Positions 47,815 through 57,470 of a DNA stretch of 64,000 bases are shown piece after piece; the stretch's first letter is position 1; every line of letters starts with the position of its first letter. The stretch lies in IMG/VR virus record IMGVR_UViG_3300027816_000103, positions 1,676 to 65,675 of that record; one strand, given 5' to 3'. The notes under the pieces were generated by a model that made no database searches, was not told the origin of the DNA, and was given only the letters and a program-made list of their open reading frames with translations. Origin of the DNA: a virus. Taxonomy: Duplodnaviria; Caudoviricetes. A program made the position numbers and the translations under genes.

Positions 47815-49520
47815 ATGATGTTTCTGTCTTTGGCAGGAACATCATTTGTAAAAAAATTAAATGGTCTCCAAGCGAATTAATACTCGCTTCCTGCCTAAAC
47901 TTTGAATATAACGAACAAGATAGCATAATAACTATCAACACTCATAAGACCTCTCAAAAGGCTTTGGCTATTTTTTTGAACGTTTCATTCATTAATTTAA
48001 TGCAGAGTAATGAACTTAAAAATAAAAGAGATGCATTGTTTAATTCAATTAAGTTAATATACTCTGAAATGCAAAAGGAATTCATGGGTGAGCTGAACTC
48101 AACAGTACCATACCATGATAAACTTTGGAATAGACCAGGACAGAAGTTTGCGTATCAACCACACGCTATATTTGAAATGAGGAATAGGCAGCACAACCTT
48201 CTTGCTTTTGATATGAGACTTGGCAAGACATTGACTTCTATATCCCTTTCACTATTAGACAAGAGCGATACTACTTTAATTATCTGTCCTGGATCTACAA
48301 AGTTTACAGCTTGGTATGATGATTTAATTGGGTGGGGTTTCAATCCTTTAAACTTTACAATATATGATTCTAAGGTTAAATATTGTAGAAGAGCATTCAA
48401 TGAGAAGTACATAGTGATTAACTATGAAATGCTATCTAAAAATATGGATAAGATTTTAAATAGTAATATACAACACATAATCATTGATGAGGCACACAGA
48501 GTTAAAACAATTCAGACACAAACATTTAAGAATGTTCAAAGCATTGTACACAATTTCCCAAACTCAAGATTGACACTCCTTTCCGGTACTCCAATAGCAA
48601 ATAGAGTTGATGATATGTACGCATACTTTAAACTTATAAATCATCCATTAGGAGCTTCATTAAAAAGATTTAGAGATATGTATGGTATTATGAAGAATGG
48701 CAGGAGAGGAGCAGTTGTTAAAAAGGCTAAGAACACAAAAGATTTATCAGATAAGCTATCAAACTTTATGATAAGAAGAACTCAATCAGAAGTATTTGAT
48801 ATGCCTCAAAAACAGCAAATTAGATATAAGATTGATAAAGATGATTTCAAAGTTGAATATGATGGACTGATAAATGAACTTAAAAATAAAACAAATTACG
48901 CTGCAATACATGGTCATATTATGGCCATCAATAAATTGACATCTACTATTAAAGTTAAGGAGGCTATAAACATTACAGAAGAAGTTTTAGAGTATGGTAA
49001 AAAGATAGTTATATTCTGCTCCTTTACAGAGCCTATTATAACATTAAAAAACATATTTGCATCAAAAAATATTAAGTCTGTTTTAGTGGATGGCTCTGTA
49101 GATATGAATGAAAGAAGGAAATTAATTAAGCAGTTCTGGGAAGATGATGAGTGTAATGTATTCTTAGGCAACATGAGAGCTGCGGGGGAAGGTATTAATC
49201 TTTCCTGCGCCTCAGATATAATAATCATGAACTATCCATTCACTCCAAAAGAGTTAGAACAACCAATAGAAAGATGTACTAATCCTTCTAATCCTAAAAT
49301 CAATACAATTCATTATCTTGTTTGTGAGGACAGTATAGATGAAATACTATACGAGATTTTAATTGATAAAAAGGAAGATATAAACGCTATAGTTGATAAA
49401 GGCAAAGGAGTTCAATCCTATGACAATGTAACTAATAGCATATACAGAAGATTATTCGGTTCCAATATAAATACTCAAAATAAACTAAATGAGCAAGAAA
49501 GCGAAGTTCAAAGTATCTGA
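47811..49520 (+). CDS. SNF2-family helicase
   Basis: DMRLGKT, IIIDEAH, LSGTP, AAGEGINL. Confidence 0.9.
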   Translation: MNDVSVFGRNIICKKIKWSPSELILASCLNFEYNEQDSIITINTHKTSQKALAIFLNVSFINLMQSNELKNKRDALFNSIKLIYSEMQKEFMGELNSTVPYHDKLWNRPGQKFAYQPHAIFEMRNRQHNLLAFDMRLGKTLTSISLSLLDKSDTTLIICPGSTKFTAWYDDLIGWGFNPLNFTIYDSKVKYCRRAFNEKYIVINYEMLSKNMDKILNSNIQHIIIDEAHRVKTIQTQTFKNVQSIVHNFPNSRLTLLSGTPIANRVDDMYAYFKLINHPLGASLKRFRDMYGIMKNGRRGAVVKKAKNTKDLSDKLSNFMIRRTQSEVFDMPQKQQIRYKIDKDDFKVEYDGLINELKNKTNYAAIHGHIMAINKLTSTIKVKEAINITEEVLEYGKKIVIFCSFTEPIITLKNIFASKNIKSVLVDGSVDMNERRKLIKQFWEDDECNVFLGNMRAAGEGINLSCASDIIIMNYPFTPKELEQPIERCTNPSNPKINTIHYLVCEDSIDEILYEILIDKKEDINAIVDKGKGVQSYDNVTNSIYRRLFGSNINTQNKLNEQESEVQSI

Positions 49521-49830
49521 GGATATGATACTTGTAACCGAAAAGAATAGAAAGATGGCTATAGTTATAGGTAGAATAATATACAGAGTTAAAAAAAGTG
49601 GAGATGTTTCTTTAGCTGTTGTAAGGCCAAGAATTGTTAAAGGTAAGTGGACCATTGAAGGAGATCCACATTTGGGAGCTAAATTTACATTCCAAACAAG
49701 TAAAGATGAACCCCAAGAAGAGTGGGAAAGGATGCACAAGGAGATATTTAAAAAGATTGTCGAAGAACAAAATGGCTACATAAAGCCAAGTGAACCATTG
49801 GTCAAATACAAAATAAACAAATTAAAATGA
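49489..49830 (+). CDS. Hypothetical protein
   Basis: 113 aa, coupled to the primase gene. Confidence 0.6.
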   Translation: MSKKAKFKVSEDMILVTEKNRKMAIVIGRIIYRVKKSGDVSLAVVRPRIVKGKWTIEGDPHLGAKFTFQTSKDEPQEEWERMHKEIFKKIVEEQNGYIKPSEPLVKYKINKLK

Positions 49831-51833
49831 TTGTTTCATGCTTCAAGGATGCTTTCACTTCTGAAAGTCCTATAAACTTGCCTATTGTTGATGTACTTAG
49901 GCTTATAAAATCAGGTAAATGGAAAGATAAAGTTGAAAGACTCCGTAGTTTACCAATAGAAGAATATAAAAAACAGAAGTTATTTCTTCCTGCCGTTACT
50001 TTCTCAGGTATATTCAACCAAAGACTTGATAAACAAGTTGCTGAATATTCAAGACTCATGATTATTGATATTGATAACCTTGAAAGTGAATTGTTAATTA
50101 ACTTATCAAGCCTACTCAAAGATGATGAATATACTTATGCTATGTTTATCTCTCCAAGTGGTAATGGATTAAAGGTTTTATTCAAGCTAACAAATGATAA
50201 TCCAGATAGACACAAGGCTTATTTTAGCGCTATCCAAAAACACTTTGAAGAGAATTACGCTGTATTAATAGATAAGAGCGGGAAGAACATATCAAGACTA
50301 TGCTTTGTATCTTATGATGAAGAACTGTACATTAATGAGAATTCAAAAGAATTTGATTGTCCTGGAATAATTGAACGATTCCCTCAAAAACAATACAGAA
50401 AGACAGAAGAACTTAAAAATGCTAACCCTGACCAAATTGATCCTACAGAGGTACTAAGAATATGCTGTAAGTGGACCGATAAACATTACAACTACGTTGA
50501 AGGAGAAAGGAATACATACCTACATTCTCTATGCTGTGCTATGAATAGAGTAGGAGTTGAAATGGATGATACAATAGAAGTGTTTTTAAATAACTTTGAT
50601 TTACCAATAGAAGAAGTTGATATTCTTGTAAAAGGAGTTTATTTTAGAAATAGAAACGAATTCGGCACATATCCATTAGACAAAGAACAGAATTTTAAAA
50701 GACAAGATTATTCTTCTCTACTTACAGATAACGAAGTTCTTAATGACTTTGCAGAGATAATTAAGTCTGTTTATACCAATACTGTCTCCCGCGAAGGACT
50801 ATTAAAAATCCTTACTGCTTATATAAAAACTCAAATTAATGATGGGTTTATCAATATAACACGCGAGGAGACAGCCAAATTTATAACTGAAACAATTAAG
50901 AAGATTGATGAAGTTAGATTAGGAACCATAGGAGAGAAAGGATATGACCATGAAGATATAACTCAACTCGCTGAAATGTATGCAAAAGCAAGCAATAGAA
51001 GCGGTGAAATAAGATTCCACTTAGGTCTATTCGATAATTTTGATTTATTAATGCCCGAGTGCTTCTATGGTATGGTAGGTATGCCAAGAACATTTAAGTC
51101 TGTCCTCGCCACTCATTTAGTTACTCAGAATGCAAAGAATGATATTCCCTGCCTATACCTATCAGGAGAGATGTCAAGAGGGCAAATGTTTGAAAGGCTA
51201 TCTACAAAGGAGTGCGGAATTAATTGGAAGATGAGTCCTCACAAAGAAAAGTTAGCAGATGCAAATTTTGTGGCAGGAGTAGGTGAAATGATAGACCAAA
51301 CATTTAAAAAGAATCTATTTATAGTTACCCTAAAAGATTTCAATAGAGAGAACATTGTTGCGACAGTTAACAAGATTGAGATTAAAACAGGTAAAAAGAT
51401 TAAACTGATAGTTTTAGATGGACTATCTGAAATGGATTGGTTAGGAAGAGAAGAAATACAAGCAGCTATATTTAATTGTAGAGAGGCAAAGGAGATAGCT
51501 AAAGATACAGGATGCGCTGTTATTGGTTTAATGCACACTTCCGGTAGGCTTGAGAAATATTACAGGAATACTTCTGCTTGGGTGAGAGGAGCTAATAAGA
51601 CTATTGCCTCTATGGATGGAATATTCATGAATTCTTTGATAGTTCACCCAGAAACTAATAACTTGCAGAATGATGATATAATGTACTATCAAGATAAATT
51701 CTTCCTTAGATTCGAAGATAAGAGAGGAAATGCAGGTACAGTTGATTCAATAGTTAGCGTAGATGATAGAATGAGGCTATCATACTTAGATTCTGATACT
51801 AATAAATATGAAGTAAAGATAAATAAGCAATAA
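49827..51833 (+). CDS. Primase-helicase fusion (BT4734/VirE-N primase, PriCT, DnaB-like helicase)
   Basis: LPAVTFSG, IIDID, ISPSGNGLK, SRLCFVSYD; EGERNTYL; LYLSGEM, IVLDGL. Confidence 0.8.
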   Translation: MIVSCFKDAFTSESPINLPIVDVLRLIKSGKWKDKVERLRSLPIEEYKKQKLFLPAVTFSGIFNQRLDKQVAEYSRLMIIDIDNLESELLINLSSLLKDDEYTYAMFISPSGNGLKVLFKLTNDNPDRHKAYFSAIQKHFEENYAVLIDKSGKNISRLCFVSYDEELYINENSKEFDCPGIIERFPQKQYRKTEELKNANPDQIDPTEVLRICCKWTDKHYNYVEGERNTYLHSLCCAMNRVGVEMDDTIEVFLNNFDLPIEEVDILVKGVYFRNRNEFGTYPLDKEQNFKRQDYSSLLTDNEVLNDFAEIIKSVYTNTVSREGLLKILTAYIKTQINDGFINITREETAKFITETIKKIDEVRLGTIGEKGYDHEDITQLAEMYAKASNRSGEIRFHLGLFDNFDLLMPECFYGMVGMPRTFKSVLATHLVTQNAKNDIPCLYLSGEMSRGQMFERLSTKECGINWKMSPHKEKLADANFVAGVGEMIDQTFKKNLFIVTLKDFNRENIVATVNKIEIKTGKKIKLIVLDGLSEMDWLGREEIQAAIFNCREAKEIAKDTGCAVIGLMHTSGRLEKYYRNTSAWVRGANKTIASMDGIFMNSLIVHPETNNLQNDDIMYYQDKFFLRFEDKRGNAGTVDSIVSVDDRMRLSYLDSDTNKYEVKINKQ

Positions 51834-52171
51834 TGATTAAAATTGATTTAAAGATAAAGCCTATGTCAATTAACAAGGCTTTTCAAGGAAGAAGGTTTAA
51901 AACAAAGGAATATATCAAGTATTCAGAAGTAGTTACTATGATGCTTCCTAAACTTAAATTTCCCGACCCTCCATTCAAATTCTACATTGAATATGGCTTC
52001 TCAAATGTTGCTTCTGATATAGATAATCCAACCAAACTAATCATTGATATAATGCAAAAGAAATACGATTTCAATGACAAGAACATATTTGAAATGAAGT
52101 TAAAAAAGGTTAAGGTAGTTAAGGGAGAAGAATATATAAAGATATTTGTAGAAGAATATACAAATGAGTAA
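51833..52171 (+). CDS. rusA: RusA-like Holliday junction resolvase
   Basis: KPMSIN, SDIDNPTKLIID and NDKNI motifs. Confidence 0.75.
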   Translation: MIKIDLKIKPMSINKAFQGRRFKTKEYIKYSEVVTMMLPKLKFPDPPFKFYIEYGFSNVASDIDNPTKLIIDIMQKKYDFNDKNIFEMKLKKVKVVKGEEYIKIFVEEYTNE

Positions 52172-52183
52172 TTTAGCAAAAAA

Positions 52184-52504
52184 ATGGAACAAATGATATT
52201 TATAGAAGTTAAAAAAATCATCCCTGTAGGAGATGATGTAAGAATTGAGAAAGAGTTCATAAGAGCAGATAAAATAGAAACATTTCGCTCTTACAAAAAG
52301 AACGAGGAACATTCCTTTTCAAAGGTTAAAGGTGATATTATTAAAGTTATAATGAAATCACTATCTAATTATTCTAACAGAGAATCAAAAGGAATCTACG
52401 AGGTTTATGTTAATGAATCACCAGAATCCTTTCAGTCAAGACTAAATGGTAACGGAGTAACAGTTATATCAGATGGAGGAAAAGGACTTCATAACACCCC
52501 TTAA
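52184..52504 (+). CDS. Hypothetical protein
   Basis: 106 aa. Confidence 0.6.
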   Translation: MEQMIFIEVKKIIPVGDDVRIEKEFIRADKIETFRSYKKNEEHSFSKVKGDIIKVIMKSLSNYSNRESKGIYEVYVNESPESFQSRLNGNGVTVISDGGKGLHNTP

Positions 52505-52844
52505 AGACATCATCAATATACTTACACAGCTTGGAGAGATTGCAGCAGAAGCTGAGACTATACATAGTCCGGAGGCATACAACGTTCTTAGAAACGAAAT
52601 ACAAGTTGTTCAGTTAAGGCATATTCAAGAATATATTGAGATGATTGATAAGCATTATCCAAATGCTCCTAGAGAAAGTATGAAGAAGATAGCAGGAGTT
52701 AAACAAATGGATAAATTAAGATTTGAAATAGCGTTGAAAACAATAAAATACAAAAAAAGAAAAAATGGAAACAAGACAAAGAAATCTAAAGAGCCAAAAA
52801 GCAACAGCGACTGGCGAAACTTGGGAACCACAAGCGAATGGTAA
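52473..52844 (+). CDS. Hypothetical protein
   Basis: 123 aa; overlaps the next gene. Confidence 0.55.
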   Translation: MEEKDFITPLKDIINILTQLGEIAAEAETIHSPEAYNVLRNEIQVVQLRHIQEYIEMIDKHYPNAPRESMKKIAGVKQMDKLRFEIALKTIKYKKRKNGNKTKKSKEPKSNSDWRNLGTTSEW

Positions 52845-53334
52845 AAACAACTTCTTCTTTGATGAAAAGAACCCTAATAATACATTAGAAGGTTATTTGG
52901 TTGAAGTTAAAGAAGGAGTAGGACAAAACAACTCTACTATCTATGTAATTCATGAATCAGATGAATATGGAGCATTGAAATCTAAAAGGTCAATCTGGGA
53001 AGATACTGTACTTGCAGATCAAATGGATGCAGCAATAAATAATCATGGAATAAATTGCTTTGTTGTAATTAAGTACAAAGGAAGAGCCTTGAAAAGACAA
53101 GCAAAGCAAATGAATCCTAATCAGGCATGGTCTCAAACAAATTCATATCATTTATGGGAAGTATTTGTAGATATTGATGCTCCTGTTTATTCAAGTGGTA
53201 AACAATCTTCTCCTGCACAACAGCAAATGCAAGTTGTAAAAGAAGTTGCTCAGCCAACAAAACAGAATTCAGATGCTTTTAATGTAGGCGGAAATCCTTT
53301 TGGAGACACGAACTCAGGAGACCTACCTTGGTAA
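52765..53334 (+). CDS. Single-stranded DNA-binding protein
   Basis: OB-fold-like N-terminus, flexible linker and acidic SGDLPW tail. Confidence 0.7.
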   Translation: METRQRNLKSQKATATGETWEPQANGKNNFFFDEKNPNNTLEGYLVEVKEGVGQNNSTIYVIHESDEYGALKSKRSIWEDTVLADQMDAAINNHGINCFVVIKYKGRALKRQAKQMNPNQAWSQTNSYHLWEVFVDIDAPVYSSGKQSSPAQQQMQVVKEVAQPTKQNSDAFNVGGNPFGDTNSGDLPW

Positions 53335-53361
53335 TAAATTAATAAACAATCAACGCTATAA

Positions 53362-53397
53362 AAACAAAATCCCCGAATTAATCGGGGTTTTTTGTTT
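53362..53397. terminator. Bidirectional terminator between the convergent arms
   Basis: AAACAAAATCCCCGA-ATTAA-TCGGGGTTTTTTGTTT. Confidence 0.85.
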
Positions 53398-53419
53398 ATA
53401 TATGGAAACAACAACTTTT

Positions 53420-53695
53420 TTAATCTTCTCCTTCTTCTTCTCCGCCTTCTTCCTCATAACCTTCTTCACCCTCACCCATTCCACCATACTCTCCAGAGTA
53501 ATTAGATAATTCCATGAACCTATTCATAGCCTTTAATTTCTCAGCATTACTTCCCGCCTTAAATTCATAGACTTCTTTATGTTCCATTGTAGAGTAATCA
53601 AATGTTCTACCTTCCATAGGTGAACGCATCATATAGCAGATAACAACTCCGTTGTCAGCAGCTTTCATTTTTACATCAAATATTTCGTATGACAT
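53420..53695 (-). CDS. Small protein with a Gly/Glu acidic tail
   Basis: Ends GEGEEGYEEEGGEEEGED. Confidence 0.65.
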   Translation of the reverse strand: MSYEIFDVKMKAADNGVVICYMMRSPMEGRTFDYSTMEHKEVYEFKAGSNAEKLKAMNRFMELSNYSGEYGGMGEGEEGYEEEGGEEEGED

Positions 53696-53705
53696 ATTTT
53701 ATATT

Positions 53706-54068
53706 TTATAATATTTGGTAAATATCAGCTATTGCTTGGTCCAAAGCAGATTGAGTACCTGCTGCCCAACCTGCCGTTCCCCCAACAAATGCAACAACAT
53801 CTTGCAATTCAATTTGCTCTCTATCATCATCAACCATAACAATATTAATTATTGTCCTTGTTGGATAAGGATAGTTCCACATGTTTGAATCAGCATCAGC
53901 AGTATTTGGTGATACCTGTATATTAGTTCCGGTAGGCTTAGAAGTATAAACTCCTGCTATCTTTTTGATATTAGCCTTGTTTAAAACAACAACTTGAGTA
54001 ACTCCTGTAGGATCTGGAGATACAAGTATTGCATTTGTAGCCGTTGTTAAATCAATGTATTTTGCCAT
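53706..54068 (-). CDS. Hypothetical (probable virion) protein
   Basis: 120 aa with its own promoter box. Confidence 0.65.
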   Translation of the reverse strand: MAKYIDLTTATNAILVSPDPTGVTQVVVLNKANIKKIAGVYTSKPTGTNIQVSPNTADADSNMWNYPYPTRTIINIVMVDDDREQIELQDVVAFVGGTAGWAAGTQSALDQAIADIYQIL

Positions 54069-54084
54069 TGTCTATTTATTTATG

Positions 54085-54092
54085 CAAATATA
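54085..54092 (-). promoter_or_regulatory. -7 promoter box TATATTTG
   Basis: TAnnTTTG upstream of ATG 54068. Confidence 0.55.
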
Positions 54093-54097
54093 GTTAA

Positions 54098-54325
54098 TTA
54101 TTCTACTGGTGGTATTGGTGGAGGAGTAGGTGCAACCCATTCAATAAGTGGTAAATCTTTTACCCACATAAAATTTGGATTAACACATTGGTCAATTTCT
54201 TCTGTTGATATTATCCAATTAGGAGGAGTATTTCCATCTTCTATTGGATTAAAGTATGAATCGGGTGCAAACCATTGCCCTACTAATTCATCTTTTTGTT
54301 CTATTGTTAGTTTTCCTACTTGCAT
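54098..54325 (-). CDS. Tail-fibre-associated small protein (chaperone-like)
   Basis: Follows the RBP gene; YFNPIED...WIISTEE...WVKDLPLI. Confidence 0.55.
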   Translation of the reverse strand: MQVGKLTIEQKDELVGQWFAPDSYFNPIEDGNTPPNWIISTEEIDQCVNPNFMWVKDLPLIEWVAPTPPPIPPVE

Positions 54326-54334
54326 ATTTTTATT

Positions 54335-55906
54335 TTAAACTTGTCTACCTAAAGTTGTTTGAAAATTTTGAACTGCTGTGTAAAAATTAGATGCTTCTGC
54401 ATCTGTCAATCCATCACCAATTGAGGCAAACGCACATTGTTTTGTAGTATAATATAATATTGATGATGAATTTAAAGCACCTATAAAAAAATTTCTATTT
54501 GGTCTTAAAGTTGAAGTTGTTGTACCATTAACTTGTTTAATACCATTTTTCCATCCATCAATATCGTTACTTGCTTGTCTATTACCAACATAAAAACCTT
54601 GTGAATTTGCATCACTAAATGAAGTTAATGCAGATTGATTTATTAAAGGATATGTTAATCCTGATGTTCTAATTTCAAGTGCATTATAATCTGAACCAGT
54701 TTGACACCCAATTTCAATTTCAGTACCATTGCTATTTGTCCTTGAATAATATGAAAGATGTGCTGAATTAAGAGTGCCACTAACAGATGGATTATGGAAT
54801 GTATCTGCATAAGCATTAGTCCCATTAGGCAAAGCACCATTTGAACTATGTGTCCAACCTCCTGCAAATGTTAGTCTGAATGCCTCATTAGTATCTTGGC
54901 TATTAACTAAATTAAACTTTTGAGTAGTAGCAGTTGAACCTGCAAATGGATAAAGTGCTTTCATTTTAGTCCATATACCATAACCCTTTAAGTCAGAAAC
55001 TAAAGTGTTTATAGCACCTTGTGTAGTTACATCAGTTATTTGTGTACTATACAAATAGGCATTTGTTTCAACACTATAATTTCTATTATAATAGAATGAT
55101 TGGCTTGGATTAATATTTCTACTCAAAGCAAACTGATAACCCTCTACTATCTGATTAAACACTTGTGCTTCTAAATCAGTAAGACCGCTGCCTATTGATG
55201 AAAAAGCTATTTGTTGTGTTGTGTAACTTACCGCTGTATTATTTTGATTTCTTGCGCCAATAAATACATTTAAACTTGGATTATTTGTTGTTATTGCCGA
55301 AGTTAAAGATGCTAAAGCTGTACCGTTTCTAAATATTTTTCTGTCATTTGAAGCTCTTTGGCTACCCATAAAAAAGCCTTTTGAATCAGCAATTGCAGAT
55401 AAAACTTCGGTTGATAAACCGCCAGTATAAAAATAATATCCTGTTCCAGTACTAATATTTAATTGAAATAACAATGTACTACCTAAATTAAATGCACCTA
55501 TTGGAACTGCATTGGTAGTTTGATTTGTTCTAACGTAAATACTTAAATGATTAGAATTAAGAGTTGTATTTGTTGAAGCATTTAGAAATGTATCTGCATA
55601 AGCATTTGTTCCGTTAGGAGTAGCACCATTACTTGAATGTGTCCATCCTCCACTAAATTGTAGTCTAAATGCTGCATCCGTATCTAAAGGGTTTTTTAAG
55701 TTGAATTTATGTTGAGTTGCTGTGCCACCTATAAATGGATATAGAGCATTGAACTTTGTCCAAATGTTAGCATTCTTTAAATTAAGTACAAGTTCATTAA
55801 TAGCAGTAGCTTCAGTACCGCTTATTCCTGTAGCAGTAATAAATGCAGCAGCATCTGGGTCATAAGGAGGAGTACCTGGTACAACTAAATATGGATTGAT
55901 TATCAT
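54335..55906 (-). CDS. Receptor-binding/tail fibre protein with two tandem LamG-like repeats
   Basis: IWTK..ALYPF.G..AT..KFNL...RL.F.GGWTHSSNGA.PNGTNAYADTF occurs twice. Confidence 0.7.
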   Translation of the reverse strand: MIINPYLVVPGTPPYDPDAAAFITATGISGTEATAINELVLNLKNANIWTKFNALYPFIGGTATQHKFNLKNPLDTDAAFRLQFSGGWTHSSNGATPNGTNAYADTFLNASTNTTLNSNHLSIYVRTNQTTNAVPIGAFNLGSTLLFQLNISTGTGYYFYTGGLSTEVLSAIADSKGFFMGSQRASNDRKIFRNGTALASLTSAITTNNPSLNVFIGARNQNNTAVSYTTQQIAFSSIGSGLTDLEAQVFNQIVEGYQFALSRNINPSQSFYYNRNYSVETNAYLYSTQITDVTTQGAINTLVSDLKGYGIWTKMKALYPFAGSTATTQKFNLVNSQDTNEAFRLTFAGGWTHSSNGALPNGTNAYADTFHNPSVSGTLNSAHLSYYSRTNSNGTEIEIGCQTGSDYNALEIRTSGLTYPLINQSALTSFSDANSQGFYVGNRQASNDIDGWKNGIKQVNGTTTSTLRPNRNFFIGALNSSSILYYTTKQCAFASIGDGLTDAEASNFYTAVQNFQTTLGRQV

Positions 55907-57096
55907 GCTCTAACACCTTTTAATGTAATTTTTAAACCTTTAGCAGTACCATCACCAACTTGGTCAATATCAATAGTCATTTCAGCATCATCAGCTAAAG
56001 TTGAATCAGATATTACAGGAGGAGTTACAGCAGTAACAGAAGTCTTTTCTGTATTATCAATAGTCAATTTTGTTGATAATATAGTTGAGCCACTTTCATT
56101 TATGTCAACTGTAAATATACTACCACTTGTTTGTGCAGTAGATAAAGAAGCTCTAACTGATGTAACAGTCATAGCATAAGGCATCCTAAATGTAACCTTA
56201 GCAGTTCCTGTTGTTAATGCAGTTGTTTCATCAGAAGCAGCTAATTGAATTTCGCATGGTGTACCAACTAAATTTGAATCAGGAATTCTTAACCAACCTG
56301 TATCGCTTCCTAAACCACTTGCTTTTATATATAATTCCCCTGCGTTTCCTGTTGTTTGAATAAAACAAATATCGCCAGGGAAGCCATTTATATTTGTATT
56401 TGGGTTTCTGTCGCTAACAAAAAATACAATATCAGCATCAATGTTTGTAATTCTATATATGCCTGTTTTTCTTGATAATTTTGTATCAATATGTAACTTA
56501 TTTTGAGGAGAAATAGTATTTATGCCAACATTACCTGACGTTGTAACCCTTGCAAATTCAGTATTATTTGTAATAATTGGTAGGTCAAAATTATCAATAG
56601 TGCCTATCTTTTTAATTGACCCTACATTGTTTCCGTTCAATGCCCAAAAACTACCCGTAGGAGATGATTGAGCAACTATTTGAGCAACAGTCTCAGATAC
56701 TTGATAAAATACTAAATTAGGATCTCCATCTTCTCCAACATAAAATTGTGTTCCCCCAGAAACAGGTATAAAAACACCTGATATTATGTTTGTTGGAAAT
56801 ACTCTTTTGTAACTTACTGAATACTGAGGACCAAAACCTTTTCTATAAGTAACGTTTGCTAAAAAAAAATCATCAGACAAACCTACAATGGTAGTCAAGT
56901 CTTCTTGAACTTCATATATATATTTAGCGTTAGACCTTGCTTGTTGGTCTATGCCTTTCACATCTCTTGAAACAATAGTAGAGTAAATTCCATCATTGCT
57001 AATAGGTGCTACTATATCATCTGTTTCAAAACCATAAGCTATTGGAGTTATAGGCTTTCCGTTAATACTTACAACTGTTAGGGAAATTGCGCTCAT
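55903..57096 (-). CDS. Tail fibre protein, paralog B
   Basis: N-terminal ~270 aa shared with 61373..62233; GNVGINT fibre motif; extra C-terminal beta domain. Confidence 0.7.
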   Translation of the reverse strand: MSAISLTVVSINGKPITPIAYGFETDDIVAPISNDGIYSTIVSRDVKGIDQQARSNAKYIYEVQEDLTTIVGLSDDFFLANVTYRKGFGPQYSVSYKRVFPTNIISGVFIPVSGGTQFYVGEDGDPNLVFYQVSETVAQIVAQSSPTGSFWALNGNNVGSIKKIGTIDNFDLPIITNNTEFARVTTSGNVGINTISPQNKLHIDTKLSRKTGIYRITNIDADIVFFVSDRNPNTNINGFPGDICFIQTTGNAGELYIKASGLGSDTGWLRIPDSNLVGTPCEIQLAASDETTALTTGTAKVTFRMPYAMTVTSVRASLSTAQTSGSIFTVDINESGSTILSTKLTIDNTEKTSVTAVTPPVISDSTLADDAEMTIDIDQVGDGTAKGLKITLKGVRA

Positions 57097-57118
57097 TTTA
57101 TAGATGTTAAATTTTGTT

Positions 57119-57126
57119 CAAATATA
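57119..57126 (-). promoter_or_regulatory. -7 promoter box TATATTTG
   Basis: TTAACT-N8-TATATTTG before the fibre B module. Confidence 0.55.
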
Positions 57127-57137
57127 GTAAATTTTAG

Positions 57138-57470
57138 TTAATTTTCTTTAAAATAAATATTTAACAATGGTATGTATGTTTCGTTCATCCATTTGTCAAA
57201 TGCCTCCCAAGAATAGGCTCCATAAATATATGTTTGGTCCACAAATGTTATCTTAATACACCTTGTTCCAGGATCATCAGAATCCTCAAAAAGAACATAT
57301 TCTCTATAGTCTGTTATTTCGTTAAAATGAATGTTAAATGTCCTGTTGAATCTTTTCCATCCCTTATCCCTTAAAATAAGTTTATCCCCGCCCTTGTAGA
57401 ACTCTTGTATCTCATGGCGGTCAAATATCCTTATTGTATAAAACGGATTAATAAAGTTTTCCATCTTCAA
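57138..57470 (-). CDS. Hypothetical protein
   Basis: 110 aa. Confidence 0.6.
   Translation of the reverse strand: MKMENFINPFYTIRIFDRHEIQEFYKGGDKLILRDKGWKRFNRTFNIHFNEITDYREYVLFEDSDDPGTRCIKITFVDQTYIYGAYSWEAFDKWMNETYIPLLNIYFKEN

Noticed and set aside
54335-55906. Diversity-generating retroelement TR/VR pair
   Set aside because: Both repeats are in-frame coding, differences are not adenine-specific, and no reverse transcriptase is present in the window.
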